A stretch of DNA of 59,384 bases from positions 1 to 59,384 of the forward strand of contig JAOZSS010000002.1 of assembly GCA_029939545.1 (NCBI GenBank). Direction: 5' to 3'. The notes beneath the pieces are model-generated. The model searched no databases and was not told the DNA's origin. It saw only the letters and a list, made by a program, of their open reading frames with translations. Every line of letters starts with the position of its first letter. Position 1 is the first letter of the stretch. Both the position numbers and the translations under genes were made by a program. This document shows positions 27,362 through 36,583 of this stretch, in pieces. This DNA is from Kiritimatiellia bacterium. GTDB taxonomy: Bacteria; Verrucomicrobiota; Kiritimatiellia; UBA8416; JABMPJ01.

Positions 27362-30166
27362 TCATCTCCTCGGGCGGGTAGACTCCGCCAGAACCTCCTT
27401 CATGGCATCAACAGCGGGTGTGTCGACCAAAGGGGCGTCAGGCCCATAGGCCAAGTGCAATGCTCCGCTGCGAGCGAGATGGCGCAGTCGGCCTCGCAGG
27501 CTGCTTGCCCTGATGGGTTTATTCTTCTTCCCGTCAACCGCCTGGAGCTTGAAAATCGTCTTCTCCAGGCCGTTGACCTTGGCGTCAGCAAGGCCGACCA
27601 GTTTGGCCAGCCACGCGTCCGGCCGGTGGATATCTTCCATTTCCACATAGGCCATCAACAGCACGTGGTCATAGAGCTCCACGGCATCTGCGTAGTTCTG
27701 TGCAAACCATTGCTCCGATTTCGGGTAGTGAAGCAGCGGTGCGAAGATGGCGCGCGCAAGCTGACAGCGGGGACGGTAGCGCTTGACTTGTTTGCCCAGC
27801 CGCGTGGTCAGGCGATTGAGCGTCTCGGTCTTGATTCGAACCCACGCCTGCTCCTGCTCGCTGCTAAGGCTGCCGGTACCCGGGGTCGCGGTCCCGAGCC
27901 GGGCGGCAAAGACCTTCTGGGCTGCCGAGTTATAGTCCTCGCTATCCGTGAGGTAGGCGTCCTCTCCGAAGACGATGCCATCACACCGGACGTGTTCGGC
28001 CATGTCGCGATAGAGCTGGGTTACCCAAGTGATTACATCAGGATGGAAGGGGGAGTATCGCTGCTGTAACGCGAAAGAGGGGCGAACCCCAGCGGTCCGG
28101 GCCTCCATCACGCGCATGGTGTCGTTGCGGGGTGTGGCGGGTCGATCAAAGCTGAGCACGGGTAGTTTGAGCCACACGCGGAATCGTGCGCTCTGTAGGC
28201 GCGCCACCACGTGATCGAGAGCGTCGTGCAACACCGGTAGCTGTGTCGTGGGAAAGTAGGCGGCTTCGACGTTGCCGTCGCCATCGCTGTCGGCGCAGGC
28301 TTTGAGGATGACCGTGTTGGCGCCGAGAGTCCGCAGCCGCTGTGCCAGTCGGATGATGTTGCGGTCCAGTTCCTGGTTGGTGGGGGCATCGATGGCGTCC
28401 ATCGGAACACTGACCGCCCGGACCTGCGCGATGGGGGGCGGCCCCGGTTTGACCAGTGAGATGAAGCTCCCCACGGCGGGGTTGTGCAGGACAGGCACAC
28501 GCTCGAGCGTTTCGGTGTCCGTGATATGCGGTTGCGCGTGCAGGCCCAGTTGCAGCACGAACCCGAGCCGTTCCGCTTCAGCGGCCGCCGGGGCATTGCG
28601 GGCGCCATGCGACCACACCAGCACACGCGGTCGTGATCCCGTACGTTCTTTCATCAAGCGCACGGCATGGCTGAGTGTCGCCTGGATGCGCGAGCGTTGC
28701 TCGGCTTCTGTTTCGTAACGACCTGTCCCTGCATCATAGAGGCGCGTGATGGCGGCAAACCCGACATCGCCCTGCGGGTTGCCGCATACCAGTTCAAACA
28801 GCCCCTCGGCTTCGACCCCCAGTGTCACGAGACGGTGACCGGCAAGTTGACCTATCTCGTCCCATGACATCAACGGTCCACTCAGGTCCATGGGCGGGCC
28901 GTTTTCAATCCAGGCCGGGCATACGGAGACAATGACAGGGATATCATAGAGTTCGAGAACCGGAACGACGTGCTTCATAACGCCGGCGTAGCCGTGGTCG
29001 AATGTGAGGAGCACGGCGTTGTCGGGAAGGCTCCGCTCACCGCGCCGTGCCGCGGCAATGTCGCCGGCGCTCACGAAGTGGTAGTCGTGTGTGCGAAGGT
29101 ACTCGATATGCTGTAAGAAGCGCAGTGAAGCCATGGCGGTAGGTGCTCGGTTCTCACGGTCGCTCACGTCGAAGTAGCAGAGGGCCAGCAGCTCGTCGGG
29201 CTCGAACGACGGAAGTACGCTGACATCGCCGCTGGTCTCATCCCAAGCGGCTTGCGCCTCGACCATGCGTGATTCGACGTGGCGCCGGACATGGGCCCAC
29301 ATCAGGGAGGGGTGGGCCGCCACGACTTCCTGGGCCAGGCTCAAGCAGCCCATGTCGCACAGGAGTTGGGCCTTGAGGTTCACGGCATCGGCGCTGTCCG
29401 GGTCAAGTTCGAGAATTCGATCAAACGTATCGAGGGCGAGAACCCGAGTGCCGGCCTGCCACTGAACAGCCGCCAACGCGAGCAGGAGCGTCGGGCGCTG
29501 CGGATTGAGACGGATCGTGCGCTGGATGGCCTCCAGCGCATCGTCGTAGCGCTTGTCGTCGAGCAGGGCGAGGGCGAGACCCAGGCCGGCATCGGCATCG
29601 GCCGGTGTTGCCTCGATGATGGTGCGGTAGATGGTAGCGGCCTCGGAGCGCTTTCCGCCCTCGCGGTAGGCGTCGGCCACGGAGCGCAGCATGGGGGTGG
29701 GCAGTACATAGCCTTCCGGTAGTCCCTCGTAGGCTTTGATCAGCTCGGTCGTGGCGCTGGTATTGAGGAGTGCTTCCAGATAGGCGGGCTTGAGAAACTC
29801 GGCCTCCGGGGCCAGCGTCACGGCCCGGCGCAGAAGCGTGAGTGCGCGGGTGTCTTCGCTGCCTTGGGCAGCCTTGTGCAGAACCATCACGAGCAGGTTG
29901 CGCGCACGGATGTCATTCGGGGTGACGGTCAGGATCTTTTCATATGTCTCCACGGCACCATCGTAATCCTGCGTCCGCCGCTGCATGGCGCCCTTGGCGG
30001 ATAGGAGGCCTGCGTCATTAGGGGCGGCCCCAAGCTTCTTTTCGATCTGATCGAGTGTCTCTGGTTGCAGGGAGTCTGCCCGTGTACCGGTCAGCGCAAC
30101 AAGCGTAAGCGCGGTGAGCAAACATACGAAGCGCGTAGCACGCCAAAGTCGAATGGACATAGACAC
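27362..30166 (-). CDS. TPR-repeat protein fused to PgaB-like poly-beta-1,6-GlcNAc N-deacetylase / GHL13 domains
   Basis: Signal peptide and about 260 aa of TPRs. CE4-like region (LLTFDHGYAGV, PRVLVWSHGARNAPAAAEAERLGF). C-terminal region NQELDRNIIRLAQRLRTLGANTVILKACADSDGDGNVEAAYFP... aligns by eye with the E. coli PgaB C-terminal domain. Confidence 0.75.
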   Translation of the reverse strand: MSMSIRLWRATRFVCLLTALTLVALTGTRADSLQPETLDQIEKKLGAAPNDAGLLSAKGAMQRRTQDYDGAVETYEKILTVTPNDIRARNLLVMVLHKAAQGSEDTRALTLLRRAVTLAPEAEFLKPAYLEALLNTSATTELIKAYEGLPEGYVLPTPMLRSVADAYREGGKRSEAATIYRTIIEATPADADAGLGLALALLDDKRYDDALEAIQRTIRLNPQRPTLLLALAAVQWQAGTRVLALDTFDRILELDPDSADAVNLKAQLLCDMGCLSLAQEVVAAHPSLMWAHVRRHVESRMVEAQAAWDETSGDVSVLPSFEPDELLALCYFDVSDRENRAPTAMASLRFLQHIEYLRTHDYHFVSAGDIAAARRGERSLPDNAVLLTFDHGYAGVMKHVVPVLELYDIPVIVSVCPAWIENGPPMDLSGPLMSWDEIGQLAGHRLVTLGVEAEGLFELVCGNPQGDVGFAAITRLYDAGTGRYETEAEQRSRIQATLSHAVRLMKERTGSRPRVLVWSHGARNAPAAAEAERLGFVLQLGLHAQPHITDTETLERVPVLHNPAVGSFISLVKPGPPPIAQVRAVSVPMDAIDAPTNQELDRNIIRLAQRLRTLGANTVILKACADSDGDGNVEAAYFPTTQLPVLHDALDHVVARLQSARFRVWLKLPVLSFDRPATPRNDTMRVMEARTAGVRPSFALQQRYSPFHPDVITWVTQLYRDMAEHVRCDGIVFGEDAYLTDSEDYNSAAQKVFAARLGTATPGTGSLSSEQEQAWVRIKTETLNRLTTRLGKQVKRYRPRCQLARAIFAPLLHYPKSEQWFAQNYADAVELYDHVLLMAYVEMEDIHRPDAWLAKLVGLADAKVNGLEKTIFKLQAVDGKKNKPIRASSLRGRLRHLARSGALHLAYGPDAPLVDTPAVDAMKEVLAESTRPRR

Positions 30167-30249
30167 AACCTCCTGTTCACCACTGATGCAAATTCAGCGG
30201 TTGTGAGTCTAGCCCCGCACTCCGCGACAGTGCAAGGCAATTGGGGTAC

Positions 30250-30267
30250 TTCTCATCATGATGAGAA
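30250..30267. promoter_or_regulatory. perfect 18-bp palindrome TTCTCATCATGATGAGAA in a divergent promoter region
   Basis: Read directly. Lies in the lower-GC 249-nt spacer between the PgaB-like gene (start 30166, minus) and pilT (30416, plus). Confidence 0.4.
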
Positions 30268-30415
30268 CAGACATAATAAGCTGAAAATCCCCTTGCGTAC
30301 CTTATAGTAGGAACTAGAATGCCATCTAAGGAAGCAGATGACGTCGCGACAAGATTCGTGTTGGATTTTGTCGGCGTGGGGTCAAGCGAAGAGGTCAAGC
30401 GTGAATCATTTTTCC

Positions 30416-31480
30416 ATGGATCAGCTTCTGGGCGAGATGGCTACCCAACAGGCATCCGATCTCCTGGTCATGGCCGGGACGATGCCGCAGTACCGTGTGA
30501 ACGGTGTGCTCGTGCCTTTCGGCACCACCCCCTTGCGTGGTGAAGATACACGCGCCCTGGCCGAGTCCCTGCTCAGCAAGCCGGACCGCGCGACCTTCGA
30601 AGTAGACCGCAGCATCGACATTGCCTACGGCATCGAGGGGGTCTCCCGCTACCGTGTCAACGTCTTCTATCAGCGCAACTCGATTGCGATGGCGATCCGG
30701 ATGATTCCGTACGACATCCCCGAGTTCGAGACCCTCGGCCTGCCGCTGATCGTACGCGACTTTGCCTCGCGCCCCCATGGGCTCGTCCTGATCACCGGAC
30801 CGGCCGGCAGCGGCAAATCCACCACGCTGGCATCAATGATTGATTTCATCAACGAAACGCGCCATGTCCACGTCGTCTGTATCGAGGATCCCATCGAGTA
30901 TCTTCACACCCATCGCCAGAGTGTGATTGCCCAGCGTGAGCTGCGGTCGGATGCGCACACGTTCTCGGGCGCGTTGCGCAGCGTGTTTCGTCAGAGTCCC
31001 GACGTCATCATGGTGGGGGAGATGCGTGACCTCGAGACCATGCAGTTGGCTCTGACGCTTGCCGAGACCGGCCACCTGATTATGGGCACGCTGCACACGC
31101 AGGATACGACCCATGCCATCAATCGAATCGTGGACGTCTTCCCGCCCGATCAGCAGCAGCAGGTCTACGTGCAGCTTTCCATGGTGCTGGTGGGGATCAT
31201 CTCGCAGCAGCTTCTGATGACTCAGGACAAGACGCGTCGCGTGCTGGCGTGCGAAGTGATGAACGTCAACAACGCCATCCGCAACCAGATTCGCGAGATG
31301 CAGATCCAGCAGATTTACTCGGTGATTGAAACGGGCGCTTCGGAGGGTATGATGACGATGAATGATTCGCTCTCCCGGCTGTTTCATGAGGGGTTGATTA
31401 CAGAGGAGAAAGCGCTGCGCCGATCGCCGCGCCCGAAAGAGTTGGTTCGGTTGTTGAATGCTAAGCCTCGCAGAAAATGA
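30416..31480 (+). CDS. pilT: type IV pilus retraction ATPase PilT
   Basis: MDQLLGEMATQQASDLLVMAG, Walker A GPAGSGKSTT, Asp box/Walker B VIMVGEMRD, His box GHLIMGTLHT and the PilT-type AIRNQIRE motif. Confidence 0.9.
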   Translation: MDQLLGEMATQQASDLLVMAGTMPQYRVNGVLVPFGTTPLRGEDTRALAESLLSKPDRATFEVDRSIDIAYGIEGVSRYRVNVFYQRNSIAMAIRMIPYDIPEFETLGLPLIVRDFASRPHGLVLITGPAGSGKSTTLASMIDFINETRHVHVVCIEDPIEYLHTHRQSVIAQRELRSDAHTFSGALRSVFRQSPDVIMVGEMRDLETMQLALTLAETGHLIMGTLHTQDTTHAINRIVDVFPPDQQQQVYVQLSMVLVGIISQQLLMTQDKTRRVLACEVMNVNNAIRNQIREMQIQQIYSVIETGASEGMMTMNDSLSRLFHEGLITEEKALRRSPRPKELVRLLNAKPRRK

Positions 31481-33438
31481 AAGGCAGGTTGGTGATGGGT
31501 AAGTCTGACAGATGGATGGTGGCAGGTCTGGCGATTCTGATGGTTCTGGCCGTGGGCGTGATCCCGGCGGTGAGCCAGGATGTGGAACCTGAGGCAGAGA
31601 TGACCGAGGAGGTCTATGCCGACAAAGTGAGCATCAACGTTCAGGGCGGAAACCTTGTGCAGGTGCTGAGCGCTTTTTCGCGCCAAACCGGCAAGAGCAT
31701 TGTGATTGGTCCTGATGTCGAGGCAACGGTCAACGTTCACCTTGCGGACGTGCCATGGAAGGATGCGCTCGACGTGATCCTCAAGCCTTACGGCTACGAC
31801 TACCAGCAGGTTGGCGAGGCGATTGTCGTTAACTCGTTGGACAAGTTTCAGACCGTTGAGATGCAGGAACCGCTCAGTTCGCGTGTGTTCCATCTCAAGT
31901 ACCTGGATGCGGCGGCGGTCAAGGATATGATTGAGGCCCAACTCACCAGTCGGGGCAATTGGAGTGCGTTGACCATCCGCGGTCAGCGCGGATGGGCGTA
32001 CGAAGATACCGCGAGGAGCGGTCGCGGAGCCGGTGGATCGCTGAACCGACGCGAACGAGCTAGCGTTGAGGATGAGCGAGTGCTGGAAAGCCTCAAGCTT
32101 CGCGGCAAGACCCTGGTGGTGGTCGACACCTCCTCGGTGATCGAGAAAATCGAGGCCATGTTGCGGGAAGTCGATCTCAAGCCGCCCCAGATCCTGATCG
32201 AATCCCGTTTTGTCGAGGTATCGTCCGACTTTATGAAGGACATCGGTGTTGAGTTTGGCACAGGTCCGAACGCCACGCAGACCGCAGCGGTGCAGCCGGT
32301 CAACCTGGAAGGCGACGGCAACCTGGTGGGGATTGGCATCCGCCAGACGGGAGGCAATGTCCGTCCGGCCTCTTTTGCCCCGCAGTCAGAAATCGGCGGT
32401 TCCGCGCCTTACCAGGCCGGGCTCTCCCTGCTGTTTCAGCAACTCACAGACCTTCAGTTCGAAGTGCTGCTGCACATGATGGAGGAGGATGTGCGGGCCA
32501 ATCTCCTCTCATCCCCGCGCGTGATGACGCTGAACGACCAGGAAGCCACGATCATGGTCGGCACCAAGTATCCGATTATCGAGTCGCGAACAAGTGCATC
32601 CGGCTCGTCATCCGGCTCTATCTCCACCTCGCTCGACTACTATGAGAATATTGGCATTCAGCTCAATGTGATTCCGCAGATCTGCGACAACAACTCGATT
32701 CGCATGGTCGTCAACCCGAAGGTTCGTACGCTCATTTCGACCACGTCGGGCAAGACAGGTGAGCAGGGCAACATCTCCCTGACCGAATACCCTGTCCTCT
32801 CCACACGCGAAGCCGAGACACATGTTCTTGTGCAGAGTGGCGAGACGATCGTGATTGGTGGCCTGCTGGAGGACCAGGAGAGCAAGACCACGCTGCGCGT
32901 ACCGTTCCTTGGCTCTATTCCTCTTTTAGGGCGGCTGTTCCGGCGTGAAGCCGTCAACAACCGGAAGATGGATCTGCTCATCTTCCTGACCGCAACGATT
33001 ATTGACTCCGAGAGTGACATGGTCGATGAAGGCGTGATGCGCGAGGCCACCACGGCGCACATCGTCGAGATGGAGAAAGCGACCCGCGAGTTGTTTGAGG
33101 CCCGGGCGCGCGAGAAATCCGAACGTATGTCCGAGGAGGTGCGGCGGGAAGAAAAGCGCCGCCAGTCAATCGAGCAGGCGCGTAAAGAATCTGAAGCGCG
33201 TCGCAAGGCGGATGAAGCGCAGGCCGTTGAAGAAGCGGAAGCGCGTGATCGCGCCATCGATGAAGCCAAGACCGAGCAACGTGCGCGTGAGCAGGCCGCC
33301 CTCGAGGCCGCCCGTGCAGAGATTGCAGAGAAGCTGAACCGCGAAGAGGATACAGGGACCTCCCTGAATCTACCGGCCGGGGAAGACGATGCCGAACGCG
33401 AATCGGTTATCAGGCGTTTTCCTGCGGTAGGGCAGTGA
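31477..33438 (+). CDS. pilQ: secretin (PilQ/GspD family) with a ~130-aa charged coiled-coil C-terminal tail
   Basis: ATGA overlap with pilT and a signal peptide. Secretin core (LLSSPRVMTLNDQEATIMVG, VLVQSGETIVIGGL, VPFLGSIPLLGRLFR, DLLIFLTATII). The tail is rich in E/R/K/A. Confidence 0.85.
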   Translation: MKGRLVMGKSDRWMVAGLAILMVLAVGVIPAVSQDVEPEAEMTEEVYADKVSINVQGGNLVQVLSAFSRQTGKSIVIGPDVEATVNVHLADVPWKDALDVILKPYGYDYQQVGEAIVVNSLDKFQTVEMQEPLSSRVFHLKYLDAAAVKDMIEAQLTSRGNWSALTIRGQRGWAYEDTARSGRGAGGSLNRRERASVEDERVLESLKLRGKTLVVVDTSSVIEKIEAMLREVDLKPPQILIESRFVEVSSDFMKDIGVEFGTGPNATQTAAVQPVNLEGDGNLVGIGIRQTGGNVRPASFAPQSEIGGSAPYQAGLSLLFQQLTDLQFEVLLHMMEEDVRANLLSSPRVMTLNDQEATIMVGTKYPIIESRTSASGSSSGSISTSLDYYENIGIQLNVIPQICDNNSIRMVVNPKVRTLISTTSGKTGEQGNISLTEYPVLSTREAETHVLVQSGETIVIGGLLEDQESKTTLRVPFLGSIPLLGRLFRREAVNNRKMDLLIFLTATIIDSESDMVDEGVMREATTAHIVEMEKATRELFEARAREKSERMSEEVRREEKRRQSIEQARKESEARRKADEAQAVEEAEARDRAIDEAKTEQRAREQAALEAARAEIAEKLNREEDTGTSLNLPAGEDDAERESVIRRFPAVGQ

Positions 33439-33441
33439 TCA

Positions 33442-33462
33442 GTGGACGGTGGACGGTGGACG
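33442..33462 (+). repeat. tandem heptamer GTGGACG x3
   Basis: Read directly. Lies between the secretin stop (33438) and the pilB ATG (33478). Confidence 0.9.
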
Positions 33463-33477
33463 GTAGTCAGTAATCGT

Positions 33478-35190
33478 ATGAGTACGCTTAAACTAGGCGA
33501 TATTCTCCGGAACGGTGGGTCCATCACCGACGCGGAGCTGGATCACGCGCTTGATCAGCAGCGTGGCACCAACAAGTTTCTTGGTGATGTGCTGTTGGAG
33601 CTGGGGTATGCCTCGCCCACGGATATCGCGCGGGCGCTTGCCGTGCAGCTCGATATCCCCTTTATCGAGCTCGGCGACGCCTACGAACTTCGCCCCGATG
33701 AAGTGCATCTCGTTCCCGAGTCCGTGGCGCGTCGCTTCTGTCTGGTGCCGATTAAGAAGGAGACAGCCTCGGCCGTGACCGTTGTGATGCGCGATCCGCT
33801 CGACATCGAGGCGCTGGATACGGTGCGGACGCAGACCGGGCTGGAAGTGATTAAGGCGGTAAGCACCGAGGACCGTATCCTGGCGGCGATCGACAAGTTC
33901 TATCGTGCCGATGCCTACCTCGAGCATGATTTGAAGGACATTGCCGATCTAGATGCCGAGACCGCGCCGCTGGATGGCGAAGAGGGGCGCGATGCCGACC
34001 AGCTTCGCATCGAGGCCAACGATGCGCCCGTGGTGCGGTTTGTGAACCTGCTGCTCATGCAGGCGGTTCGCGACGGGGCGAGTGACATTCATTTCGAACC
34101 CGGCGAACGCGATGTCACTGTGCGTCTGCGAATCGACGGCGTGCTCCAAGAGGTCACGCCGCCGTCCAAGACGCTTTATCCGGCCATCGTCACGCGTGTC
34201 AAGATTCTGTCCAATATGGACATTGCCGAGCATCGACTGCCGCTCGACGGACGGTTCAAGTTTTCGGCCTACAAGCGCGTCATCGACGTGCGTGTGTCGT
34301 CCCTTCCTGAGATTCACGGGGAGAAACTGGTGCTGCGTATTCTCGACCGGAACTCGCTCAAGGTCGATATGACCGAGATCGGGTTCGGCCAGGACATGCT
34401 TCAAAGCTTTCGCCGTGTATTGAAGCTTCCCAACGGCATTGTGCTCCTCACCGGACCCACCGGCAGCGGCAAAACCACCACGCTCTATAGTGCCCTTAGC
34501 TTCCTGCGCAGTCCGACCCAAAACATCCAGACCGTTGAGGATCCGGTCGAGTACCAGCTCAACAAGATCAACCAGATGCAGGTGCGCGCCCTGATCGACC
34601 TGACGTTCGCCAACGCGTTGCGGTCGATCCTGCGTCAGGATCCCGACATCATTATGATTGGTGAGATTCGCGATGCGGAGACCGCGCGCATTGCCATGCG
34701 CGCCTCATTGACCGGTCATCTGGTGCTCAGTACCCTGCATACCAACGACTCCCCCTCCGCCTTCTGGCGGCTGCGCGATATCGGCATTGAGCCCTACCTG
34801 ATCGCCGCCACCATCAAACTCGTGCTCTCTCAGCGTCTGGTTCGGGTGCTCTGTCCCGAGTGCAAAGAGGAGACCCGGCCCGATGCGGAGCTGCTGAACC
34901 TACTTCGGCCTCACCGGGAGGATGTAGACCAGTGGACCTTCTACAAGGGCGTGGGATGCACCAAGTGCAACAGGCGCGGATTCAAGGGGCGGACCGGTAT
35001 TTTTGAGTACCTGGAAGTGGGTGACGGCGTGCGGCAGATGGTCATCGATAACGTGGGCGAAGTGGAGCTGCGTAAAGGCGCGCAGGAACTCGGCATGGAG
35101 CCGCTGCTGGTGAATGGGCTGCACAAGGTCGAACGCGGAGAGACCACCGTGACGGAGTTGTTGGGGGTTTGTCCGCTGGGGTTGGGTTAA
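33478..35190 (+). CDS. pilB: type IV pilus assembly ATPase PilB (GspE family) with N-terminal MshEN/T2SSE_N domain
   Basis: LGDILRNGGSITDAELDHALDQQ...DIARALAVQLDIPFIEL. Walker A GPTGSGKTTT, IIMIGEIRD, GHLVLSTLHTND and the tetra-Cys CPEC...CTKC. Confidence 0.9.
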   Translation: MSTLKLGDILRNGGSITDAELDHALDQQRGTNKFLGDVLLELGYASPTDIARALAVQLDIPFIELGDAYELRPDEVHLVPESVARRFCLVPIKKETASAVTVVMRDPLDIEALDTVRTQTGLEVIKAVSTEDRILAAIDKFYRADAYLEHDLKDIADLDAETAPLDGEEGRDADQLRIEANDAPVVRFVNLLLMQAVRDGASDIHFEPGERDVTVRLRIDGVLQEVTPPSKTLYPAIVTRVKILSNMDIAEHRLPLDGRFKFSAYKRVIDVRVSSLPEIHGEKLVLRILDRNSLKVDMTEIGFGQDMLQSFRRVLKLPNGIVLLTGPTGSGKTTTLYSALSFLRSPTQNIQTVEDPVEYQLNKINQMQVRALIDLTFANALRSILRQDPDIIMIGEIRDAETARIAMRASLTGHLVLSTLHTNDSPSAFWRLRDIGIEPYLIAATIKLVLSQRLVRVLCPECKEETRPDAELLNLLRPHREDVDQWTFYKGVGCTKCNRRGFKGRTGIFEYLEVGDGVRQMVIDNVGEVELRKGAQELGMEPLLVNGLHKVERGETTVTELLGVCPLGLG

Positions 35191-35232
35191 TCGGGGAGAG
35201 GGAGAGCGTCTCGCGCAGAGGCGCAGAGTGAT

Positions 35233-35332
35233 CCAGGCATTCTGCCTGGGCTATGATGTGGCTCCCCTTTGGGGAGCGGGAGAAGACGACCCCAAAGGGG
35301 TCGAACATTATAGCCCAGCGAGAATCGCTGGG
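35233..35332. repeat. two head-to-head copies of a 45-nt bipartite-hairpin element (35233-35277 inverted, 35288-35332 forward)
   Basis: Read directly. The unit is GACCCCAAAGGGGTC + AACATYATAG + a 6-7-bp hairpin. A third copy lies at 38128-38172. Confidence 0.85.
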
Positions 35333-35352
35333 AGTCAATGAGAGAAGGGAGA

Positions 35353-36582
35353 ATGGCGACATTTTCATATACGGCTAAGCAGGACGATGGCGAGATGGTG
35401 CGTGCCACGTTGCGTGCCGATTCGCGTCATGCCGCCCTCGGCCTGCTGCGCGGTCGTGGCCTGATTCCCCTTTCGGTGGAAGAGGTCGGTCGCGGCCGGG
35501 TGCGCGCCAAGAGCCGTAAGCGCGGCAGCTTCACGCGTTGGGGCGGCGCTATCTCAACCAGCGACAGGGCGATCTTCTGCCGTCAGCTTGCCATCTCCGT
35601 CAATGCCGGCGTCCCCCTGCGCGAGTCGTTGGAGTCGATTACGGAAGACCTCGATAAACCCGCCTTCAAGCGCGTGCTGGAACACATTGTTGATCAGTTG
35701 CATGCCGGCGTATCATTCTCCGATGCCTTGTCGCAACACCCGGCCACATTCAACACGCTGTTTGTCGCCCTGATCCGGGCGGCGGAGGAGTCGGGCAGCC
35801 TGCCCCAGACACTTGAGCAGTTGGCCGTGGCGGAGGAGCGTTCGCAGCGGTTGCAGACCAAGATTCGCAGTATCACGGCCTACCCGATCTTCATTGCCAT
35901 CTTCTTTGTGGTGGTCTGTGTCATCATGACTCTGTACGTCTTGCCAAAGTTTCAGGAGATTTTCAGCGGCTACAGTTCCGAGCTGCCTCGCGTTACGCGC
36001 ATGGTTTTCGGGCTCAACCAGTTCATGATCGATAACGCCCTGCTCATCGGCGGGGGATTTGCATTCGTGGTTATTGGCCTTTATCTGTGGGGGCGTACGG
36101 TGGCGGGCCAGTACATGTTTGATGCTATGAAGCTCAAGCTGCCTTACTTCGGTCCCTGCTTCATGAAGTTTGCCGTGTCACGCTTCTGTCAGAATTTCTC
36201 CGTGATGATGAAGGGGGGGGTGCCGGTGGCCACGGCCATGGAGATGTCGGCGGCAACCTGCGGCAACCGGGTCATGGAGAAGGCGCTGCTCGAGGCGCGC
36301 GACCGAATCATTGATGGCGCCGGCATTTCCGAGAGCCTTGAGCGCGACGTCAGGCTTCCGCGTCTGGTGGTGCGCATGGTGAGCGTCGGCGAGTCATCCG
36401 GACGGCTGCCCGAAGTGCTCGAGCGTATCTCGCTGGTGTACGAGGAACAGGTGGAAGCCGCGATCATGGTCGCCACCTCACTTTTCGAGCCGCTTGTGAT
36501 TTGTCTGTTTGGTATAGTAGTATTGATTCTGGTAATGGCGGTGTATCTGCCGGTGTTCTCGGCAGCCGCGTATGGGTCGTGA
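35353..36582 (+). CDS. pilC: type IV pilus platform protein PilC (GspF family)
   Basis: Two T2SSF repeats (FCRQLAISVNAGVPL / FCQNFSVMMKGGVPV) and three TM segments. Confidence 0.9.
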   Translation: MATFSYTAKQDDGEMVRATLRADSRHAALGLLRGRGLIPLSVEEVGRGRVRAKSRKRGSFTRWGGAISTSDRAIFCRQLAISVNAGVPLRESLESITEDLDKPAFKRVLEHIVDQLHAGVSFSDALSQHPATFNTLFVALIRAAEESGSLPQTLEQLAVAEERSQRLQTKIRSITAYPIFIAIFFVVVCVIMTLYVLPKFQEIFSGYSSELPRVTRMVFGLNQFMIDNALLIGGGFAFVVIGLYLWGRTVAGQYMFDAMKLKLPYFGPCFMKFAVSRFCQNFSVMMKGGVPVATAMEMSAATCGNRVMEKALLEARDRIIDGAGISESLERDVRLPRLVVRMVSVGESSGRLPEVLERISLVYEEQVEAAIMVATSLFEPLVICLFGIVVLILVMAVYLPVFSAAAYGS

Positions 36583-36583
36583 G

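Noticed and set aside
33442-33477. GTG 33442 as the pilB start (MDGGRWTVVSNR...)
   Set aside because: These codons are simply the GTGGACG heptad repeat. GspE/PilB homology and the MshEN-type N-terminus begin at MSTLKLGDIL (ATG 33478).
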